Shown here: piece by piece, positions 55,247 through 64,000 of the stretch
Position numbering within the stretch: position 1 is the stretch's first letter
Layout: every line of letters starts with the position of its first letter
Notes under the pieces: model-generated
Told to the model about the DNA's origin: nothing
Database searches by the model: none
What the model saw: only the letters and a program-made list of their open reading frames with translations
Translations under genes and position numbers: made by a program
DNA from: Octopus vulgaris
Taxonomy: Eukaryota
Length of the DNA stretch: 64,000 nucleotides
Direction: 5' to 3'
Assembly (NCBI GenBank): GCA_951406725.2
Contig: OX597819.1
Coordinates: 92,070,001 to 92,134,000, forward strand

Positions 55247-55352
55247 TACATATATATATATACATACATACATATATATATATATGTATATATATATATA
55301 TGTATATGTATATATATATGTATATATATATATATGTATGTATATATATATG

Positions 55353-55429
<77 letters not shown>

Positions 55430-55532
55430 GTATGTATGTATGTATAAAGATGGAAATAGAAATAGTACAGAATTTAGTCTAAGACATTTCAGTTTAAGAG
55501 GGAATTTAATAAAAGATTATATAAATAAAAAT

Positions 55533-55578
55533 ATTAATATTATCGGTTTCGATGTATTTTATCTTATTAAATATTGGT
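55533..55578 (-). ncRNA. Degenerate hammerhead (U3-A8 type, G5A)
   Basis: Minus strand aatat TTAATAA GAT aaaatac ATC GAAA CCGA TA atatt. Confidence 0.5.
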
Positions 55579-56145
55579 AAAAATTTATAAAAATTTGAAT
55601 AATTTGAAGTAAAAACAGTCTATCTTCTGTCTGGTGGTCGAGAACATCTCTGGAAATTTTTCGTTGAAGTCTTTTTTAAATATAGTTTGGTGTAGAATCC
55701 AAAGTGTTAGAGAGTGAAAGGGTGTCTACTGTCTAAAAGAAATCTGTGTGTGTTCCTGTCAACGGAGTGGTTAAAAAGCATTTGTTGAATAAGTTTTATG
55801 TCCACCTCTGTGTGTGTGTATGTGTGTGTGTGTGTGTGTGTCTGTCTGTCTGTCTGTCTGTCTGTGTTGAATGCAGTTTCAATATGTTTTGAAAAATGAC
55901 CAGCTGTGAGTATGCTGTGAAGAATTTCTCTTGTTGACCACAAAATTAGGATTTTTCTTTGTGTTAGATGTATTATTTTGAGTATCTTCATCTGTGTGTA
56001 TGTGTGTGGTTACCAGCTGTGTGTATGTAAGTGTATATGTGTGTGTTTTTGTTTGTATGCTGGGATATATGCATATTGAAAAAAGATTTGGGAGATTATG
56101 GGAAGTATTTTTTAAAAATGATATGTATAAAATCGTTTATATATT

Positions 56146-56359
56146 CTTTTCTACTCTAGGCAGAAGGCCCAATACTTTTGGGGAGGGGGCCAGTCGATTA
56201 GCTCGACTCCAGTACGCAACTGGTACTTAATTTATCGACCCCGAAAGGATGAAAGGCCAAGTCGACCTCTGTGGAATTTGAACTCAGAACGTAAAGACAG
56301 ACGAAATATCGCTAAGCATTTCGCCCAGCGTGTTAACTTTTCTACTAGCTCACCGCCTT
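56146..56359 (-). mobile_element. SINE family A inserted in the PLE
   Basis: Full family core. Confidence 0.85.
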
Positions 56360-57147
56360 GTCTGTTATTATATTTCAGTTGTGGTTGGATCTATTTTTAA
56401 TTGTGGTTTATACTTGTTGATAAATTGTCTTTCTTTATTCAGTCTTTGTTGTTGATTGAAGGAATCTGAGAACTTGCAGAGGGGAAATATTTTGAAATTA
56501 GGTAAGACCATTCCTGCACAGGCTGCAATGTTGCTGCTTAAAGGAATTTTTCTTTTACTTTTGTCTCGGATCTGTTGGCAATGGGTCGTCATTCTGTTGC
56601 GTAACGATACACCTGTCTCACCTATGTAATTATGTTGGCAACCATTGCATGTGATTACATAGATAAAGTTTTCCGTGTTGCAGGTGAGGTTGGACTTGAT
56701 TTTGAAGGTTTGGCTATCTTTGAAGTTAAATTCTGATCCCTCATTTAGGTAAAGGCAAGTGCCGCAGTTTGTTCTTCTGCATTTTGGGACAGTTGGGTTG
56801 GGGGTTTCTTTGTGTCTTTTTGCTCCAGTGAGAATGAGTTTTAGTGTTTTTCTTTTTGCCAGTTGTAAGCTTAATAATTGAAGACTGATGCTGTAATACT
56901 GTCGACGTTGGAACGCAGGTTGCCCTCATTCAACCTTTTGAATTGGAATTTCTATACTTTTGAATTGCTATGATCACTTTTCATTTTGAACTAGACAAAG
57001 AAAAGCAAGTTGTCGAAATATTGTTCAAACCAATAAAATATCTATCGTAATCGCATCTTGCTCTTCTTCTTCTTCTTCTTCTTCTTCTTCTTCTTCTTCT
57101 TCTTCTTCTTCTTCTTCTTCTTCTTCTTCTTCTTCTTCTTCTGCCTC

Positions 57148-57196
<49 letters not shown>

Positions 57197-57202
57197 TAAT
57201 AA

Positions 57203-57417
57203 TAAGGTGGTGAGATGGTTAAATCGTTAGCATGCTGGACGAAATGTTTAGCGGCACTTCGTCCGTTGCTACGTTCTGAGTTCAGATTCCACCGAGGACG
57301 ACTTTGCCTTTCATTCTTTCGAGATCGATAAATCAAGTACCAGTGAGGCACTAGGGTCGATGTAATCGACTAGTCCCCTCCCCCAAAATTTCAAGTCTAG
57401 TGCCTTTAGTATAAAGG

Positions 57418-57420
<3 letters not shown>
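57203..57420 (+). mobile_element. SINE family A between (TAA)n and (ATT)n
   Basis: Full family core. Confidence 0.85.
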
Positions 57421-57473
<53 letters not shown>

Positions 57474-57898
57474 AAAAGAGGAAGACGGAAAATTACTGAA
57501 ATGAAAAAAAAATAACAGCTTTTCAAATACAGCAAACTTTTAGACTGTCCATTTTAATTGGTAGTCTACTTCTAGTGGTCCTTTATCTGTGTTGAAGATA
57601 AAAATTAAGTGTTATCTAACACATTTATTTATGTAAATTACATCACGATGTTCATATATTTTGTCATTTAATGTAAGAGATAATGAAGATTGATTTAAAA
57701 TATTGTAATAAAGTCTGAATTTAAATGACATAATACCCTATGCAAGACAAAAATACGAGAATTATTTGAATTATATACAGCGGAATGTGCGGATAGAAAG
57801 GGTCTGAACTACCGTTACCAGGAAGGCACAATACAACTTCCATGAACAAGCCACTTAACATGCACTAAATCACGCCAACGCAAGAGTATCACATTTTA

Positions 57899-58385
57899 CT
57901 ATTTAGAAGTGAATGTAAGGCAACGAACTGGCAGATTTGTTTGCACGCCAGGGGGAAAATGCTTAGTGACATTTCGTTCGTCATTATATATTGATTTCAA
58001 ATTTCGCCGAGGTCGACTTCACCTTTAATCATTTCGGGGTCGATATGATTATTTACTAGTTGAGTGCTGGGGTCGATGTAATCGATTTACCTGCGCCCAC
58101 ACCCCAGAAATTGCTGGCCTTGTGCTAAAATTTCAAACAGCTATTTAAAAGTGAATGTAATGCGGCGAACTGACAGAATCGTTAGCATGCCGCACAAAAT
58201 GCTTAGTAGCATTTAGTCCGTTTTTAAATTCTGAGTTCAAATTCCGCTGAGGTCGACTTTGCCTTTCGTCTTTTCGAAGTCGATAAAATAAGTATCGGTT
58301 AAACACTGGGATCGATGAAATAAATCGATTAGCCTCGCCCCCCCCAAACATGCTGACCATGTGCAAAAATTTGAAATCAGTATTT
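57899..58385 (+). mobile_element. Tandem pair of SINE family A copies sharing a 5' flank
   Basis: 'ctattta.aagtgaatgtaa' precedes both copies (57899 and 58141). Confidence 0.75.
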
Positions 58386-58777
58386 GCACAAGGCAGCTGC
58401 AACATTCTGTTGAAAGCTGCAAGATAACTTTACAATCAAATGTTTCATTGGCTTTCTTTTTTTTTAAATTCTCATCCAGAGTCGTACAAAATGGCATGCA
58501 ACAACAAACGTTTGAATATGTTTTTCCTTGAAAGTCTCGTAGACCGATACTGTAGCTATGTCAGCCATCATTGAGATACTGCAATAAATATAAATGACAC
58601 TCACCTGACATATGACGACGTGCATTAAAAATAAAATAATGTTCTCGCTCATTTATATGCACATGCTGACAAAATAACCTCCCGAGCATATGTACAAACA
58701 TGTAAGACTTCCATCCATCCATCCATCCATCCATCCATCCATCCATCCATCCATCCATCCATCCATCCATCCATCCA

Positions 58778-58822
<45 letters not shown>

Positions 58823-59500
58823 GTCAGTCTGTGTGTGTGTGTGTGTGTCTATCTGTGAGACTGAAAGGAACGTGATGAAAAACGAATGACTCAGAGTAGT
58901 GGCAGACGAAAGCCACTGTGGCTTCGAATAAATGAAAATAAATTACACTTATTAAAATTTGTACATCGATCACACACACACATGCACGTACGTGCTTGCT
59001 CACTTACACGCACTCACTCTCTTTCACACACACACACACACACACATACAAACACACGCACACACATATACACGCACACGCACACACACAGATGCACATG
59101 TATTGCATATATATGCTAACACCAACGGACTTGCTATTACGCCGATCAGCTACTATGTATATTAATAAATGTAGATATAAAGGAAATTAAACGAAAGAAA
59201 TATTCTGATTCCTGATGCAGATAAACGGCTTCATTTTTTTAAGGGTGGATGAAAGAAGCAGCAAGACGTTGTTAGATAAATGGCTTACATTTAATTTACA
59301 TATACAAGCAAGTGAAATGATTCTGAACGAATATGAAAACCAACGAGATGTATGAGGAATGGAGAATTTTACAGTGATCACCGCCGTTGTAGGGAAACAG
59401 CGAGTAGCGTTCTCTAAAATAGAATACATTTGACAATGGGAGTACAGAAAAACGTTTCATCTCTTTGTACTCGCCGTTCAAACAGCGCCGAGGTGAACTT

Positions 59501-59928
59501 TAACCACAACGCCATATGCCCGTGGGCAATTATGGAGTGAATTTTAGGGCTTATAAATCTAATATTTTTCTATCCTTCCTTAATACTGTGCAGATATGAG
59601 CAGCATATGAGAGAACCAGTATTAAGGAAGGACAGAAAAATATTAGATTTATAAGCACTAAAATTCACCCCTTAATTGCCCACGGCCATATGGCGCGGGC
59701 TACTAACCCCAAGATTCCGAGTTCGATTCCTAAGCAGTGACCTGAACAACTACAGCAATAATAATAATAACATCGAAAAATATCTTAGGAATGAGAACCC
59801 AGGTTCGAAATTTCACCAAAACACCTGAAGAAAGCTGAAGGGTATATCAGCCGAAACAAGATGAGGAGAAATGTCCGTCGAATGCAAATAATGTACATAA
59901 TTCCTCATCTCTTAAATATAGAACTGTA
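59501..59928 (+). mobile_element. Composite element: 79-bp inverted repeat, tRNA-like head, HHR-like core and tail
   Basis: IR 59510-59588/59617-59695; B-box gagttcgattcc near 59720; CTGAAGA a AGCTGA agggtata TCAGCC GAAAC at 59825-59857. Confidence 0.7.
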
Positions 59929-60038
59929 TTCAACGGAAGGTATTACTATCGGGTAGATTGAGGGTAGAGGGTAGGAAAGAAGCCTTTTTACCTTCCAACC
60001 TTTCTCTCTATGTAAGTATACACAAGCCTTTACCATAG

Positions 60039-60075
<37 letters not shown>

Positions 60076-60469
60076 TAGATATACTGCAAATGCAACAATG
60101 CGCAGTAAAATCAAATTTTAAAATATTAAAATTAACATAGATATTAATTTACGTCATACCTAAAGATCTGTAGATTTTGAACAGCTCGATAGACAATGTT
60201 TATAGAAAAGCAGTTGGTTGTATTTGGAGATGGTTTACATATCCGTTTGTAATCACTATATACATTCACGCGTTCCTATATTATCAACAGCCCGGGTTTG
60301 ACCTCAATTTTATCATGCAACCACAAAATCTTTATGAAGAAATTAATATTTGTAAGATCAAAGAATATAATACTTACACATTTACGACGGGTGATGAATA
60401 TATAATTGTTTCTAAATATGAAACAATGCTTTCATGTTAGGGATTAGAGCGAGCACTCATTTAGGCAAT

Positions 60470-60860
60470 ACGCATTTATGGTTGCGGAGCATGGACTCTG
60501 AAAAACTTTGAAGAGAATATAATCAATTGAAGTGTGGGTATATGGGCGAATGCTACGAGTATCTTACAAAGATCATCGGACAAAGGAATGGGTGATAGAA
60601 CAAGTAGTTGAAAGACAACAACTCCTGAACATTGTGAAAAAACAAAAGCTCATCTATTATGGCCATATTCGAAGAAGCAGAGTTCTGGAAAACATTATTA
60701 TGAAAGGAAGAATAGAAAGCAGTAAATTAAGAGGTTGGCAAAGAACGCAATAGATAGACAAGAGTGGAAAGGCAGCTGGAGAACTCCCGCTTTATCGAGA
60801 AGACTTTTGTTGTAGTGTTATCAATGCGCTGCAGGCGAACAATACATGACAATGACGGCG
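60470..60860 (+). mobile_element. RTE-clade LINE 3' fragment
   Basis: YGCGAWTL...WVYGRMLRVSYKDHRT...KQKLIYYGHIRR...IMKGRIE. Confidence 0.75.
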
Positions 60861-61777
60861 ACACTAGGAAATGGATTGTAAAAATAGGAACGGGTATTCA
60901 TTTTAAATCTGGTTATTATTCTCTCGTTTTCTTTTATCTCACTTCTAGCTTACGGGAACCAAATCAAGACGGGTTTTCAAGGTGTGGGGAATCATAAAAA
61001 CACGCATGCTCATATATATAAATATATCTAGTCTTCCACAGTTTATCATGTTCACTCACATGACACTTGCCTGAGGTGCCGCGAAGTGGGATTGAATCCA
61101 AACTAACAGTGTTGCGAAGCAAATATCTTAACCACACAGTCATGCTTGCACCAATAAATATCTTTTAATACGTACCCCGATATATTTTCTTTTAATATAG
61201 AATACTCACTGTTCAATAATTGTATGGGCCCTAATAGCATAATCGCGCAAAAATGCAAAAATAGACTGGAATATATTTATATTAAAAAATATAGATTGTA
61301 GCTAACCTCTTATCGAAAACTTTGAAGATTCATACAGCTCATATATATCCACTAGCAAAAGGAAGACAAGTGGCTGTATAGTGAATGTGTAAATGCGTTT
61401 CTGCAATCATATGTTACCAGGCGGCTTGAGGTATGCATTCAAAATTACCTCATTGCCAAAGAATCTTTTCATTAACAACAAAAACTTCGTCTCGTATTTA
61501 CGCGAGTGAAAATATAATACTGCCAGCCTTGCAACGTACTCTTTCCCCGCTACAAAGCAGAACAATGCTTTATATGTAGAAACAATTATATATACATGTC
61601 GTGCTATAACAGCATTTGATTCTTTGTGCGATCAAAAGCTGAAAGAAAGAATTGTTTAAAAGCATTCTTAAGCAGGTCGGTAAATTTTTGCATGTATACT
61701 GTATTATACTATTATTGCAGAACTCGTATTTATTGATCATGTATTCTATAAAAATAGGATAATATATATATATATTG

Positions 61778-61808
<31 letters not shown>

Positions 61809-62237
61809 AACATATATATTTATTCATATAGGTATGTATATGCTTAAGCTTGATATGTGATTTGATCCGGGGCCATATTCATTGTGACTAAATGAATACC
61901 GTTGTAGCTAAGACATAAACGAAAATAAAATCTTATTTTTAACATTTACCTCATTAATATATTGTAACAATGATATATATATATATATATTATTTGGCTT
62001 TAGAGTATATCGTTATTCATTTAATCTTTATTACGAAGGATACTGCAAAGTGACTGTAACGAAAATTTATAGCAAAATACTTGGTACCTAATAAAACATA
62101 TTATTGTTTTTTGAAGCAATATTAATGTAAAAGAAGTAGCAACTGTATTTGTATTATTTTAGTTTTCTCACAACTTCACCATGGTGACAGAATCAAGGAT
62201 ATATATTTTTATATATATCAAAAATTAGGAAATAGAG

Positions 62238-62356
<119 letters not shown>

Positions 62357-62358
62357 GC

Positions 62359-62473
<115 letters not shown>

Positions 62474-62651
62474 TGTAATGCACACACGCATATATTGTCC
62501 GCATCTTAAGAATTTTATAAACTTTCGAGAGAACGTGAGATGATTTTCTTTTGCACTAATGGACGTCAAAAGGACACATAAAGCAATAAGTAGTATCGTG
62601 TACATATTTGGCTGAAGCACACTTCTGGATAGGAAAAGCTGAAGGGTGTGC

Positions 62652-62743
<92 letters not shown>

Positions 62744-62788
62744 AATTCACGAACACACGCACGCGCACACACACATATGAATATATAA

Positions 62789-62847
<59 letters not shown>

Positions 62848-62849
62848 CA

Positions 62850-63180
62850 GGCGCATGGCTCAGTGGTTAGAGCGTCGAGCTTACGATCGTGAGGTTGTGA
62901 GCTGGAATCCCGGACCGGGCTGCGTGTTGTGTTCTCGAGCAAGGCACTTTATTTCACGTTGCTCCAGTTCACTCAGCTGTAGAAATGAGTTGCGACGTCA
63001 CTGGTGCCAAGTTGTATCGACCTTTGTCTTTCCCTTGGATAACACTGGCGGCGTGGAGAGGGGAGGCTGGTATGCATGGGCGACTGCTGGCCTTCCATAA
63101 ACAACCTTGCCCGGACTTGTGTCTAGGAGGGTAACTTTCTAGGTGCAATCCCATGGTCATTCATGACCGAAGGGGGTCTT
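62850..63180 (+). mobile_element. tRNA-derived SINE, family C-related
   Basis: A-box tggctcagtgg, B-box-like gagctggaatcc; body 'gttgtgttctcgagcaaggcactttatttcacgttgctccag'. Confidence 0.85.
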
Positions 63181-63188
63181 TATATATA

Positions 63189-63595
63189 CAGGAGTGGCTG
63201 TGTGGTAAGTAGCTTGCTAACCAACCACATGGTTCCGGGTTCAGTCCCACTGCGTGGCATCTTGGGCAAGTGTCTTCTGCTATAGCCCCGGGCCGACCAA
63301 TGCCTTGTGAGTGGATTTAGTAGACGGAAACTGAAAGAAGCCTGTCGTATATATGTATATATATATATGTGTGTGTGTGTTTGTGTGTCTGTGTTTGTCC
63401 CCCTAGCATTGCTTGACAACCGATGCTGGTGTGTTTATGTCCCCGTCACTTAGCGGTTCGGCAAAAAGTGACCGATAGAATAAGTACTGGGTTTACAAAG
63501 AATAAGTCCCGGGGTCGATTTTCTCGACTAAAGGCGGTGCTCCAGCATGGCCGCAGTCAAATGACTGAAACAAGTAAAAAGAAAAAAGAAAAAAG

Positions 63596-63599
<4 letters not shown>
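63189..63599 (+). mobile_element. tRNA-derived SINE, family B, full length with LINE-like tail
   Basis: tRNA-like head, body, internal (TA)/(TG), and tail 'ggtgctccagcatggccgcagtcaaatgactgaaacaagtaaaa'. Confidence 0.9.
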
Positions 63600-63644
<45 letters not shown>

Positions 63645-63709
63645 GGTTAAGTAATTGAGATTCAAGTGAATATGGTCCTTAACTAGGATATCTATATGGT
63701 GTTAACCAT

Positions 63710-63741
<32 letters not shown>

Positions 63742-64000
63742 ATATAAATATATATGGATGATTACACATATACATATATGAAACAAATATATATACTTAC
63801 GAATACACACACACATATGTACTTATATGTATACACACACACACATATACACGTTTCGCATTATATTTATCACCAGAATATCACAATCATGACACAAGGT
63901 GCAGTTTCGTGCATATCACCTGTAAAACGTCGATGCTTATGCACGAAACCCTCGACTCTTGAGTTACTTTTGCAACTTTCTGTCAATTAAATATAATCCA

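Larger units (their letters stand above)
55445..56880 (-). mobile_element. PLE 3' portion (Neptune-like): Cys-rich linker, GIY-YIG endonuclease and 3'UTR, interrupted by a SINE
   Basis: KCRRTNCGTCLY...NLTCNTENFIYVITCNGCQHNYIGETG...R...H...FKIFP...RLNKERQFINKYKPQL (stop 56368). Confidence 0.88.

Overview
Eukaryotic, AT-rich, gene-poor DNA saturated with microsatellites [(TA)n, (CA)n, (TATC)n, (TATG)n, (ATT)n, (CAA)n, (CAT)n, (TAC)n] and transposon remnants. The mix of tRNA-derived SINEs, Dong/R4, Penelope-like elements (PLE) and very long TA tracts resembles a cephalopod (Octopus-like) genome; this is an inference. No host protein-coding gene is supported, and most ORF-track entries are translated microsatellites. 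Recognisable parts are a decayed Ty3/Gypsy element with LTRs, PPT and a 5-bp TSD (40479-43486), a second Gypsy gag remnant, CR1/L2-, RTE-, L1/Tx1- and Dong/R4-type LINE fragments, PLE RT and GIY-YIG remnants, Tc1/mariner and hAT-like relics, and many SINEs of three families. The most notable signal is a set of minimal type-I hammerhead ribozyme (HHR) motifs: one canonical (36642-36692), U3-A8 covariants downstream of PLE GIY-YIG ends, a multi-copy A6U variant, and one on a tRNA-headed element. Most of them lie about 90-240 nt from a (TA)n tract. Several long fold-back or inverted duplications anchored in TA repeats are also present. All coordinates were read by eye and may be off by a few bases.
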